DNA from: an uncultured Magnetococcales bacterium
Lineage (GTDB): Bacteria; Pseudomonadota; Alphaproteobacteria; UBA2136
Assembly: GCA_963974105.1 (NCBI GenBank)
Contig: CAXBBG010000001.1
Span: 578,793 to 642,792 of the forward strand
DNA length: 64,000 nt
Direction: 5' to 3'
Under the pieces are notes generated by a model. That model saw nothing but the letters and a program-made list of their open reading frames with translations, did not search any database and was not told where the DNA came from. Of the stretch, positions 18,886 through 28,810 are shown in pieces; position 1 is the first letter of the stretch, and each line of letters begins with the position of its first letter. Made by a program: the position numbers and the translations under genes.

Positions 18886-20232
18886 TTAAGAGTCGAGTAG
18901 GGCTTTTTTCTCAATTTTAGATTCAGCCTTGTTGATGTACATAGACCTATCAGCCGCCGCTACAATGTCTTCTTGTGTTAGGTTGTTGTATGCGTTAAAC
19001 ATTTGCACACCCATTGACGCACTGACAGAAACTTGTTGGTTGTGTACTGTTACGCTAATGGCACGAATTTTTTCTTCGACGATAGAAGCTTTACGTTCAG
19101 CTTCTTGTGCATCAACCTCGTTCATGATGACAGCAAATTCGTCACCGCCAATACGTGAGACTGTGTCTGTCTCACGGAAAACTTCTTTTAAAACTTTGCC
19201 AACTTCTTGCAAAATGGCGTCACCTGCTTTGTGACCAAAGTTATCATTAACACCTTTAAAGTTGTCAAGGTCGATATAGACAACAGCGCCATGACGGTCG
19301 TAACGTTTGGCTTGTTTGATGCTCATTTCTAGGTTTTCATCAAAAACTTTACGGTTTGAAAGCTCGGTTAAGTGGTCTTGAGTGGCAAGACGCATCAGTT
19401 CGGTTTCTTCGTTTTTACGTTTTGTAATGTCCACAAACTGTACGATTGTATATGGGTTTTCAGTTTCTAACACGCGTGACATGCTTAGTGATATCCAAAT
19501 AGATTCGCCATTGATAGGGCGTAGTTTAAGCTCAATACCACGGTAACTGCGTCCGCTTGAAATAACTTTGTTTAGTGCTTGGGTAAAAACAGCACGATCA
19601 ATTTCTGAAAAGAAATCAGAAATGTGTGACTTCATAATGAAATTTACAGGCATATCTAGCCATTGACAAAGTGCACGGTTTACCATAGAAGGCCTGCCTT
19701 CATCATTGATAAAACAAACGCCATATGGGGCATATTCTAATGCGGTGACATAGCGGTCGTTTTTCTCTTGGCTACGGGCTTTTATTTGCATGTCGTCGCT
19801 AATAATACGCACTGTACCAATGATATAGTCAATACCATTTTCACCCATTACAGGCATCAGCCTGACGTGTACATGCTGCTTACCTGTGCGGCAAACGTCC
19901 CACGCGACTTCGGTGTCTACAACTTCATGGAAACGCATTACTTTATTGAGTTGGTGAGTAATCCATCTACCTGTGTTTTCGTCAACAAGGTCGCTCATGT
20001 TTTGGCCCGAAACAATGTTTTTAATGTCAAGAATTTTGCGTACAGCCAAATTGGCTTGTAGTAAAGCATAGGACCCGCCCCTACCTTCAACAATAAACAC
20101 ACCTTCACTAATCGCATCTAGTACGAACGGCATTAATGGTGCCAATTTTGAATCCCCTTTTAAAAACATAGTATCCCCTAATGCTTTATCACTTAAGGTC
20201 ATATTTATACAATGTTTCGTGTTTTTTGTCAT
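18886..20232 (-). CDS. PAS-domain sensor diguanylate cyclase (GGDEF)
   Basis: The C-terminal GGDEF domain carries the RIGGDEFAV active site and an RxxD-like I-site region. The N-terminal portion is PAS-like. Confidence 0.9.
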   Translation of the reverse strand: MTKNTKHCINMTLSDKALGDTMFLKGDSKLAPLMPFVLDAISEGVFIVEGRGGSYALLQANLAVRKILDIKNIVSGQNMSDLVDENTGRWITHQLNKVMRFHEVVDTEVAWDVCRTGKQHVHVRLMPVMGENGIDYIIGTVRIISDDMQIKARSQEKNDRYVTALEYAPYGVCFINDEGRPSMVNRALCQWLDMPVNFIMKSHISDFFSEIDRAVFTQALNKVISSGRSYRGIELKLRPINGESIWISLSMSRVLETENPYTIVQFVDITKRKNEETELMRLATQDHLTELSNRKVFDENLEMSIKQAKRYDRHGAVVYIDLDNFKGVNDNFGHKAGDAILQEVGKVLKEVFRETDTVSRIGGDEFAVIMNEVDAQEAERKASIVEEKIRAISVTVHNQQVSVSASMGVQMFNAYNNLTQEDIVAAADRSMYINKAESKIEKKALLDS

Positions 20233-20526
20233 GGTTTAATCCTCACTTTTTAAAGTTCGCATATTTTTTAATAACTTATTACATATATTTACTATGGAGA
20301 CTTATTTGTAGTGCTTAAAGAACTATTTTTTATCTCTAAAGTATAGATTTTAATCTAAGGCATTGTTTTATAATGGTTGTATGTAATGTGCAATTTATAT
20401 GTGTTTGAATTTGTATGTTTTTTGTAAACGATGAATTGTCATACAAATAAGTATATACAACCATTATAAGGGTTGATTTGAAGGGGACATGTCACTAAAG
20501 TATTAAAAGTTTAAAAATTTGAGAGT

Positions 20527-21546
20527 ATGACCATGACACCTTATTTACTGAATATGTTATGTGACCCTGAAGACCAGAGCCGATTGTCTATTAAGCATCC
20601 ACGTTATGATGAGAACGGTAATATTACAGCGGGAATATTGGAGAGTAAAAATGGCAATACTTATCCTGTGCGTCATGGTATACCGCGCTTTACGGGTGAA
20701 CGTGCCCGCGTACGTACATCGGTATCTCATGCTGAACAGCACAGCGATTTTCACCAAAACCTTTACCGTGAGTCATGGTTGAACGAATATGTGAAAGAAA
20801 CTTTTACGACACCCAATGCTTTTATAGGTAAAAATGTAATTGATTGCGGTGGTGGCACTGGTTACCAAAGTAAGTGGATGATAGAGCATGGCGCTAAGCA
20901 TGTTATTGTTTTGGAAAATTCACATCATGTAGATGGTGTTGCAAGAGAATGTATGGAAGAGTGTGAATGTATTGACATTGTGCAGTGTTCTTTAGAGGCT
21001 CTACCTTTTAGAAAAAATGGGTTTTCGGGTCTTATTACCTGTAATGATGTTCTTCAACATACTGAATCGTTTGACAATAGCTTGAAGTCACTTTGGGATA
21101 TATTAAATGATAACGGCGAAATTGTGATATCATGCCCTGTAAGGCAGTCACAGTATTGGTATCAGAAAATGCGTTATAAGGCTGTAAATCAAGGTCTTAG
21201 AAATTTCCTGTCAACCAGATCTGTCTATTTAGCTGAAATGTATTCAAGGGTTGCGGCGTTTCTTTATTTGATACCTTTGTGTGGGTATATCTTACGTAAA
21301 AACAACTTGGTACACCGTTCAACAAAGCCGGGTGGTTACTTTTGTTTGCGTCGCCGTTATAAAGATGCTTTTCACCGCACGTTTGAATATTTTGCAGGTC
21401 ATAAATATGAACATATGAAAACACCTATAGAATTGAAACAGCTTATCAATCATCTGCAGCGTAATCCTTGTTATGTTTTAAATACTGAAACATTCTTTCA
21501 AAAAGACAGGCCCCTAGGCGTAGCTATACGCCTGAAAAAGAAATGA
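20527..21546 (+). CDS. class I SAM-dependent methyltransferase with N-terminal Trm112-like zinc-ribbon-like segment
   Basis: N-terminal LLNMLCDPEDQSRL...YPVRHGIPRF (Trm112p-like), followed by methyltransferase motif I VIDCGGGTGYQS. Confidence 0.75.
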   Translation: MTMTPYLLNMLCDPEDQSRLSIKHPRYDENGNITAGILESKNGNTYPVRHGIPRFTGERARVRTSVSHAEQHSDFHQNLYRESWLNEYVKETFTTPNAFIGKNVIDCGGGTGYQSKWMIEHGAKHVIVLENSHHVDGVARECMEECECIDIVQCSLEALPFRKNGFSGLITCNDVLQHTESFDNSLKSLWDILNDNGEIVISCPVRQSQYWYQKMRYKAVNQGLRNFLSTRSVYLAEMYSRVAAFLYLIPLCGYILRKNNLVHRSTKPGGYFCLRRRYKDAFHRTFEYFAGHKYEHMKTPIELKQLINHLQRNPCYVLNTETFFQKDRPLGVAIRLKKK

Positions 21547-21549
21547 TTA

Positions 21550-22485
21550 TTATTTTAAATAATTAATGCGCTTGAAGCGTGGCATCACTATTGAAAGCAA
21601 AAGCGTTTTTAATATGGAATAGGGCATACGGATGATGGTTATGAAATAGCCCCCAAACATATTGCTTTTTATAGCGCGTCCCGAAATGCCCATATTAAAA
21701 TTGTATGTTTTACTAATAACCAATAATGGAAACGGTAAAAAAGTACCTTTTGCAGCATGGGTTGCATGGCGGACAATAAAGCGCTCGTGCTGTCTGAGGC
21801 GTTGTAAAATATTACTGCTGAGTGAATGGTTTGTAATGTGATAAGTAACAAGCGCGCTTTTAAAAACATAAAATGTATTTTTAGGATTGCTTAAAATGCT
21901 TTGCCATAAGTCGTAGCCTACATCGTGAAGGCTGGTTTGGTCGAATCCGCCTGCTTCAACGACGGCGTCTTTACGCACAAGCACAGTGCTGGTATTTATA
22001 TAATTGTTTAAAAATAAACGTGCGTGACAACCCACACGCTCTTTTTCGTAGTTTAGAGAGCTTTCTATATAATATTTACGCCCCATTTTGTATTGGTGTA
22101 TGAGGTCATGTGCAATGAGTGTGCACTTGTGTTTTTTCATTTCTTCGATGCTTCTGGCAACTTTGGTTGGGTGCCATTCGTCATCGGCGTCTAAAAAGGC
22201 AAGGTATTCACCTTTGGCGTGTTTGATGGCATGGTTTCTTGCAGCAGCGGGGCCTGTGTTTTTTTGTTGAAAAACATGTATAGGTAAAACCCAACCTTCT
22301 AAGGTAGCCTCTTTGTTTACAATATTTAAGGTGTTATCCGTAGACCCATCGTCCACGATAATAACCTCTCGTACTTTTACTGTTTGTTTGGCAATGCTAT
22401 GTAAGGCTCTTAAAATTGTATTTTCTGAATTGTATGCAGGTACAATTACTGAAATATCTTCCCATTCTGCGTACGAAAATCCCAT
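21550..22485 (-). CDS. family 2 glycosyltransferase
   Basis: ISVIVPAYNSENTI...VIIVDDGSTDNT...FLDADDEW, the classic GT-A DxD organisation. Confidence 0.85.
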   Translation of the reverse strand: MGFSYAEWEDISVIVPAYNSENTILRALHSIAKQTVKVREVIIVDDGSTDNTLNIVNKEATLEGWVLPIHVFQQKNTGPAAARNHAIKHAKGEYLAFLDADDEWHPTKVARSIEEMKKHKCTLIAHDLIHQYKMGRKYYIESSLNYEKERVGCHARLFLNNYINTSTVLVRKDAVVEAGGFDQTSLHDVGYDLWQSILSNPKNTFYVFKSALVTYHITNHSLSSNILQRLRQHERFIVRHATHAAKGTFLPFPLLVISKTYNFNMGISGRAIKSNMFGGYFITIIRMPYSILKTLLLSIVMPRFKRINYLK

Positions 22486-22745
22486 ATACTTGCCTTATGA
22501 TTATTGGTTTGTTTTGATTATAAGCATATGACAGGCTAAATTGATGTGTGTTTTCGACTGTATGTGCTGTGTCTGCGTGGTTTTGTAACGGGGGTGTTGC
22601 ACTGAATACAACATCTGTCATACAAATGTTTAATAATTCACCTCGTTATACTATCTCTGCTTTGTTGCTACAAAAGGTAGTTTTATAGATTTATCATTGC
22701 TATGATTGTGCATGTAAAAATGCGTTTAAAATTTTAGGAATAAGA

Positions 22746-25535
22746 ATGCTGCAAAAAAATAATAATTCTGTCGGTAAGCGTTTGTCAGTTATATTGACAA
22801 TGCTTATTATTTTGGGCGGGACTATTATTATTTTTATCGGTCTTCAGTATCAAAAACAACAAATGTTTGATATGGCTTTTTCCAACTATAAGGAAACGAT
22901 TAATATTTTAAGACCTCTTGTTTCGAAAGGATTAGAAAATCAAGATATTGAATCTATCGAGGAGGTATATGCTTACCTTTTACATAGTGAGACGAGTCAA
23001 GTGCAGGCGATTGCTGTATATAATGCCAGTGGTATTAAAATTGCGCATCAAATATCTATATATGACCTTGGTATCGCAGATTTAGACAATACTTTCTTAA
23101 AGTATAAAGATAAAACTACTCACGATGGGGAACTTTTCTCTGTGAATACAGATAGGTCCTATAGTGTTATTTCTCCTGTATATTCTTTAAAGGATGAAGG
23201 TTTGGTTGGTTATTTGGCGATGTCTTGGTCGCTGGGCTATATTATAAGTAGTTATAATGAATTGCTTTGGATTCAAATTACCGCGCTTATTTGCGTTTTG
23301 GCGATTATTGTCTTTAATTTGTTTTATGCGATTCAGTCTATTTTAGTAACGCCACTTAAGCATATTACAAAACTGATGCGTAGTATGACAGAAAGCTATG
23401 ATATTTCTATTCCGAATAACTACTTAGAGCGCCGTGACGAACTTGGTAGTATGATTAGTTCTTTTAATGACATGATTTTTAAAATTCAAGAGCGTGATTT
23501 TAATTTAATTAAAGAACGAGATGCCGCCGAAAAGGCACGTAAACTTGCGGAAATAGCCAACATGGCTAAGCGAGACTTTTTGGCGAATATGAGCCATGAA
23601 ATTCGTACACCTATGAATGGTATTATAGGAACGACTGATTTGTTGATGAGTAGTAACCTTGATATAGATCAAAAAGACTTCGCTGAAACAATCCGCAGCA
23701 GTGCTGATAGTTTATTGTGTATTATTAACGATATTTTAGACTTTACCAAAATTGAAGCAGGGGAATTATCACTTGAGTTTGTGTCGTTTGACCTTAAAGA
23801 GGTTGTTTTTGACGTGGCAAATATATTTTCAGCAGCTGCCAACCAAAAGAAAGTTGATTTGTTTGTACGTTATGCCCCATCCACGCCTATTATGCTCATT
23901 GGTGACCCGACGCGTATTAAGCAAATTTTATCAAATCTTTTAAGTAATGCTATTAAATTTACACATTCAGGCTATGTTATGGTTGACGTTAGCTATGATG
24001 AAATGGATCAATTTGTATTTAAAATTATGGATACAGGTATAGGCATTACACCAGAGCAGCAAAATCAGGTCTTTGAAAGGTTTGTGCAGGCAGATTCATC
24101 AACAACACGTAAATATGGCGGCACAGGTTTAGGGTTGGCGATTACTTCTCAGTTGGTTTCTATGATGAATGGTCAAGTGAGGGTAGAAAGTGAAGTTGAC
24201 AAAGGCTCCACATTTATTTTTAACTTAAACCTAGAAATTGATTTGCCGTATGAAGGTCGTTACCGCATGGCTATGCAGGAAAACAAATATACAGGTCGTC
24301 TCTTGTTGATTGACGAAAACAAAATACAGCGTGAAATTACTAAAGACTTGCTTGCCTATGTTGGTTTAGACATTGAAACAGAAATAAATAAAAATAAAAT
24401 TATAGCTCTTTTGGAAAAAGGCAATGAGACTGGCGTTCCATATGAATATGTGTTTATAAACATGTCTTCTAACAAGGTTAAAAGCGATATTATTATAAAA
24501 AATATCCGTAGTACCAAAATTTTTGATTCTGTTAAAATTATTAGCCTCACCTCCCGCGAGGATTATGTTAACTACGAAAAACTGAAATATTTAAAAGTAG
24601 ATGCGCACCTGAAATCACCGTTCTTTTTAAAAGAATTGACTTATATTTTATCTGAGCTTGGCAGGGATAGCACAGGCCATGAAAAAGATTTTATCTTTGT
24701 AGATTCCGACCTGGTAGAGACGATGACAGACGCCTTTGTTGGTAAGAAGCTTCTTGTGGCAGAAGATGACCTTGTCAATCAAAAGGTTATATCGTCTATG
24801 CTTAAATCGTTGGGTATTGTTTGTGATTTAAGCAGTAATGGTGTGGAAGCTTTTGATAAGTTTGTGAACAATAAATATGACTTAGTGCTTATGGATATGC
24901 AAATGCCAGAAATGGACGGTATAGAAACAACGCGCAAAATAAGAATCTATGAGAAAAATAAAAACATTGAACCTACAAATATTATTGCTTTGACTGCAAA
25001 TGCGATGAAAGAGCATAAAATGGAATGTTATGAAGCGGGTATGAATGATTATTTAAGTAAGCCCATTACGCAGGCCAAGCTTATTAGTATTTTAAAATCT
25101 TATTTAATAGATGCGGGTACTTCAGATTCACTTGCCTCTTCAAGTGGGAGGCTACCAATACTGGCGTCTGTGGACGAAACGCAAGAGGTAGACGACCCTG
25201 CTTTAAGTACGCCTGTGAATATTGAAACGCTTAAAGATATTTGCAGGGGAGACCTTCAGGAAATTAAAGAGTTTTTAGATGTGTATTTTACAGGGGCAAA
25301 TGAAGCTGTTGGTTTATTAAAAAACGCACTTCAATCTGGCGATGATGACGCTTGGAAGCGTTCAGCACATCGTCTTAAAGGTTCATCCTCTAACTTTGCT
25401 ATGACTGCTTTGGTGGATGCTTGTAAGCAAGCCGAAGTGGCGCTCCCTGAAAAGCGTGAAGAGGTATTGGGTGTTATAGAATCTGAATTGAATGATATTC
25501 AGTCATATATCGATAAAAATATAAGTACGCTTTAA
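22746..25535 (+). CDS. hybrid sensor histidine kinase / response regulator with C-terminal Hpt domain
   Basis: Two TM helices flank a periplasmic domain of about 140 aa. These are followed by HAMP, HisKA ([11 protein letters not shown]), HATPase_c (G1/G2 boxes GGTGLGL), a degenerate receiver (DEN pocket present, phospho-Asp replaced in FINMS), a canonical receiver ([14 protein letters not shown]...K) and Hpt (HRLKGSS). Confidence 0.9.
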   Translation: MLQKNNNSVGKRLSVILTMLIILGGTIIIFIGLQYQKQQMFDMAFSNYKETINILRPLVSKGLENQDIESIEEVYAYLLHSETSQVQAIAVYNASGIKIAHQISIYDLGIADLDNTFLKYKDKTTHDGELFSVNTDRSYSVISPVYSLKDEGLVGYLAMSWSLGYIISSYNELLWIQITALICVLAIIVFNLFYAIQSILVTPLKHITKLMRSMTESYDISIPNNYLERRDELGSMISSFNDMIFKIQERDFNLIKERDAAEKARKLAEIANMAKRDFLANMSHEIRTPMNGIIGTTDLLMSSNLDIDQKDFAETIRSSADSLLCIINDILDFTKIEAGELSLEFVSFDLKEVVFDVANIFSAAANQKKVDLFVRYAPSTPIMLIGDPTRIKQILSNLLSNAIKFTHSGYVMVDVSYDEMDQFVFKIMDTGIGITPEQQNQVFERFVQADSSTTRKYGGTGLGLAITSQLVSMMNGQVRVESEVDKGSTFIFNLNLEIDLPYEGRYRMAMQENKYTGRLLLIDENKIQREITKDLLAYVGLDIETEINKNKIIALLEKGNETGVPYEYVFINMSSNKVKSDIIIKNIRSTKIFDSVKIISLTSREDYVNYEKLKYLKVDAHLKSPFFLKELTYILSELGRDSTGHEKDFIFVDSDLVETMTDAFVGKKLLVAEDDLVNQKVISSMLKSLGIVCDLSSNGVEAFDKFVNNKYDLVLMDMQMPEMDGIETTRKIRIYEKNKNIEPTNIIALTANAMKEHKMECYEAGMNDYLSKPITQAKLISILKSYLIDAGTSDSLASSSGRLPILASVDETQEVDDPALSTPVNIETLKDICRGDLQEIKEFLDVYFTGANEAVGLLKNALQSGDDDAWKRSAHRLKGSSSNFAMTALVDACKQAEVALPEKREEVLGVIESELNDIQSYIDKNISTL

Positions 25536-25646
25536 TTCAATAGCTCATATATTTTATCTATATCTTTTTTAACAATTATTTTATTTAACCAATAAGTTTA
25601 ATTATTGATATTTAATATTTAACTAAAAGGTATATTGTTTATATAA

Positions 25647-26372
25647 CTATTTGGTTGAATATAATGCTGGGCAAGGCCTAAAGGTTAATTTTCTTGTAAA
25701 TCTATTAGAGGCACGTACAACAATAGGTGCGTGGATATCTTTTTTACCTTCCATTAAAATAACCCCACCTAAAGGTGCGCGCCATCTACGCCCCAGCTTT
25801 TCAAAAGTTGCGCTGTGTTTTAAAATCCATTCACGGTCGGTGGGTGGTACGTACAAAGCGTATGTTTGGCTGGTTACTAAAAAGGCGCTGTCTCTGTAAG
25901 CGCGCATAAGTTGGCCTTGGCTAAATGGCTTGCCACGGGCAAGGGGTGACATTTCACGGTGTGACCAAGCGCCAGCACGGTTGGGTACAATAGATAAAAT
26001 ACGACCATCGTCTTTTAAAATTCGACTACATTCCCATAAAAGTTGGCTATCATCTTTACAAAACTCTAGGCTATGTACCATTAAAATAGCATCGAAAAAT
26101 CCGTCCATGAACGGAAGCTCTGCTTCAGATATAAGCGTTGCGCGGTTAGGTTTGCGGTCAGGCCAGCTAATGCCACCCATTTGTGAAGGCAAAGCGCAAA
26201 AAACCTGCGCTTCTTTTAACCACAACTTAATATAAGGGGCGCCATAACCTATCACTAAAATACGTTTGCCTGTGATGCTTGGCCACATATCATGTAAGGC
26301 AGATTGTATTTGCCGTCTGACCATATGCCCTGTGGGGCTTCTGTACCAATCTCTTAAGGTTAATATATCCAT
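25647..26372 (-). CDS. class I SAM-dependent methyltransferase (type 11-like)
   Basis: RILVIGYGAPY glycine-rich motif I and an acidic motif II. It lies divergent from the thpR-gloB pair. Confidence 0.7.
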   Translation of the reverse strand: MDILTLRDWYRSPTGHMVRRQIQSALHDMWPSITGKRILVIGYGAPYIKLWLKEAQVFCALPSQMGGISWPDRKPNRATLISEAELPFMDGFFDAILMVHSLEFCKDDSQLLWECSRILKDDGRILSIVPNRAGAWSHREMSPLARGKPFSQGQLMRAYRDSAFLVTSQTYALYVPPTDREWILKHSATFEKLGRRWRAPLGGVILMEGKKDIHAPIVVRASNRFTRKLTFRPCPALYSTK

Positions 26373-26449
26373 TATCTCTTTTAATGCCTTGTTTAAGTGC
26401 TTGTGTATCTATGTTATCATGGACTTTGTATTATAAAAAGGTTCTCGTG

Positions 26450-26983
26450 ATGCTGAATATAGCGCTAATTGTTTCAGAAGAAGATGCCCAAAGTCTAAAC
26501 CTTCTTTCTAAAGGGCTTAATAAGCAAAGTGTATCGAGCTGTGTTTTGGGAGAAAACACGCATGCACATATAACTCTTGCACACATTGATGCTGGCATTG
26601 ATGAGGCTGAGTATTTATGGCAGCGTTTTTTAGAATACGGTATACCACTTTCATATAGCGTTGTATTAAAATCATTTTGTATAGATGCGCCGCATGACGG
26701 ACGTGTGTATACATCTTTTTTATTGGAGGAGTGGGGCAAGCTTTCAAAGATTCAGGACAAGGTTTTAAATATTGTGAGTGACTATAACGTGCACAGTGAA
26801 GTGGGGGTAGATTTTAGACCGCATATCACATTAAGTTGTCATGAATGCCATGGGTTGGTATTACCTAAATTAAGTGCCGTAAAGCCACCGTTTAAGCGTG
26901 TGCAGGCCTATTTATGTATTGGAACAAGAGAGAGTAATGGGCGTATGGATCAAGTGCTTTTTAAACAAGAAATAGAAGGTTAA
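26450..26983 (+). CDS. thpR: RNA 2',3'-cyclic phosphodiesterase (2H phosphoesterase, LigT/ThpR family)
   Basis: Two H-x-T-x motifs (HAHITLAH and RPHITLSC) about 88 aa apart. The length of about 177 aa matches E. coli LigT. The internal ATG at 26450 fits the family N-terminus. Confidence 0.65.
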   Translation: MLNIALIVSEEDAQSLNLLSKGLNKQSVSSCVLGENTHAHITLAHIDAGIDEAEYLWQRFLEYGIPLSYSVVLKSFCIDAPHDGRVYTSFLLEEWGKLSKIQDKVLNIVSDYNVHSEVGVDFRPHITLSCHECHGLVLPKLSAVKPPFKRVQAYLCIGTRESNGRMDQVLFKQEIEG

Positions 26984-26988
26984 CCAAA

Positions 26989-27705
26989 TTGTTAAATGTG
27001 ACTATATTAAACGCCTTTGATGATAATTATATATTTTTACTGGCTTGTGACGCCACGCAAGAAATAGCCGTGGTTGACCCAGGGGACGCCGATGTTGTTA
27101 TACAGGCGCTGGGTGCTAAAAAATTATCAAAAATTTTTGTTACCCATCATCATCATGACCATGTAGGTGGCATACAGAAATTGGTTCAAAAATATAAATG
27201 TGAGGTTGTTGCGTTTAGGGATGATGCATACCGCATACCTTGTGTGACGCAAATGGTTGAAGATGGCGAGGGTATTCATCTTGGTTTGTGTGCTGCAAAA
27301 GTTATATATGTACCAGGGCATACTATGGGGCATATTGCGTATTATTTTGCTGATGACAACTGTTTGTTTTGTGGTGATGCTTTGTTTGTAGGTGGTTGTG
27401 GAAGGCTGTTTGAAGGTACGGCTGATATGATGTTTAACTATTTGGTTGAATTAAAGTCTCTGCCAGATTCAACTCTTATTTATTGTGCACATGAATATAC
27501 GGTATCTAATTTGAAATTTGCCCGGCACGTCAAACCAGAAAATATAGATATTCAACATGCTTTGAAGGGCGCTGAGCAGATGCGTGCATTATCAAAACGT
27601 ACAGTGCCCAGTACAATAAAGGCTGAAAAATTACATAATGTCTTCTTGCAGGCGGTTAATGTGACAGAATTTAAGGCGCTACGCCTACTTAAAGATAATT
27701 TTTAG
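26989..27705 (+). CDS. gloB: hydroxyacylglutathione hydrolase (glyoxalase II, metallo-beta-lactamase fold)
   Basis: THHHHDHVGG metal-binding motif, GHTMGHI, and the C-terminal HAGD-like helix domain. The start is TTG at 26989 or GTG at 26998. Confidence 0.85.
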   Translation: MLNVTILNAFDDNYIFLLACDATQEIAVVDPGDADVVIQALGAKKLSKIFVTHHHHDHVGGIQKLVQKYKCEVVAFRDDAYRIPCVTQMVEDGEGIHLGLCAAKVIYVPGHTMGHIAYYFADDNCLFCGDALFVGGCGRLFEGTADMMFNYLVELKSLPDSTLIYCAHEYTVSNLKFARHVKPENIDIQHALKGAEQMRALSKRTVPSTIKAEKLHNVFLQAVNVTEFKALRLLKDNF

Positions 27706-27826
27706 AGCTTTTATCGTGCGGATGCTATGTGGTTTGCGGTGCTTTGGCTTATGTGTTTCTTATAAAAAATAATCTCTGATTTTGGGTGTGATTTTTCAAT
27801 AGTTTTACATTTGGCGATTGGACGCT

Positions 27827-28348
27827 TTATTGATTTTTGCGTAAAACACGGATGTAGCGCATTTTTTGTTCTGGGTCATCTTTTTTAGGTGTCATACCCA
27901 TAATAAGATCACCAGACTTAAAAGGAATGCCCTCTAAATTGCCATCTTCTACCGAAATGTGTGCACGCCAAACGGTACCTATCTCTTGTTTTTCATCAAT
28001 AGTGATAGCGATGTGACTATCATTTATAAAGTTGTAATGTAGTGTCGCTGGCTTATTTGTGAAATGCGCCTCTAGTTCTTCTAGGTTCTGTGTGTATGAT
28101 TTTGCCTTGTCTGAAACAAGGGAACGCACATGTCCATCAGGGTAGAAACCATAAATTTGTGAGGGTGCTAGATAATGGCTGTCAGGGTAATGCTTGCCAA
28201 AGCTACCCGATAAAAAACCAACAACACGCCAAGCGCCAACCAATTCGTCCTTATTTGCGTGACGTTCATTCGCGTTTTCTGCACTTGCAAAGGCAATGCT
28301 TGTAAACATGACACTTGATAACGCGAGTAGTTGTAATAATTTTTTCAT
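27827..28348 (-). CDS. hypothetical periplasmic protein
   Basis: Cleavable signal peptide MKKLLQLLALSSVMFTSIAFASA. It lies 9 nt downstream of crcB on the same strand. Confidence 0.65.
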   Translation of the reverse strand: MKKLLQLLALSSVMFTSIAFASAENANERHANKDELVGAWRVVGFLSGSFGKHYPDSHYLAPSQIYGFYPDGHVRSLVSDKAKSYTQNLEELEAHFTNKPATLHYNFINDSHIAITIDEKQEIGTVWRAHISVEDGNLEGIPFKSGDLIMGMTPKKDDPEQKMRYIRVLRKNQ

Positions 28349-28357
28349 GAAATTACC

Positions 28358-28714
28358 TTATTTTATGAGCCACATGCCAGCCATGAAGCTTGCAAGGGTC
28401 AGTGTAAGTGTTGCAACCATGTAAAGACCGGCTTTAAGGAACTCACCTTTTTGAAGGAGAAAAACGCTGTCCATGCTAAATGTAGAGAAAGTGGTGAAAC
28501 CACCAAGTAAACCAACAACAAGAAAGAGCCTTGTATTTTCGGATAAGTCTAAAAACAGGGCGTTTGCCTCAACAAGTGCACCCAGTGCAAGAGATCCTAT
28601 AACATTCACCAATATAGTTGCGTAGGGGAAGGTTGTTAAGCCCACAAGGCTCATCACGCCGTAACGTCCTAAGGCGCCGATTGCGCCACCTGCAGCTATT
28701 GCAAATATTGACAT
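28358..28714 (-). CDS. crcB: fluoride ion channel CrcB/Fluc
   Basis: 118 aa with four TM helices. GALGRYG, VNVIGSLALG and GGFTTFSTFS match CrcB. Confidence 0.85.
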   Translation of the reverse strand: MSIFAIAAGGAIGALGRYGVMSLVGLTTFPYATILVNVIGSLALGALVEANALFLDLSENTRLFLVVGLLGGFTTFSTFSMDSVFLLQKGEFLKAGLYMVATLTLTLASFMAGMWLIK

Positions 28715-28810
28715 ATGTTTATTCCCACTAATTTTTTTATTAAAAATATTTTAACGTAATTGAAGTGACGTTGCTATTTATTTATAAATTTACAATATTA
28801 CTGTGGTGTT

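Noticed and set aside
28715-28810. Possible fluoride riboswitch (crcB motif) in the 96-nt gap upstream of crcB
   Set aside because: The minus-strand upstream sequence is AT-rich and lacks the conserved GC-rich pseudoknot elements of the fluoride riboswitch. crcB appears simply co-transcribed after trmB.
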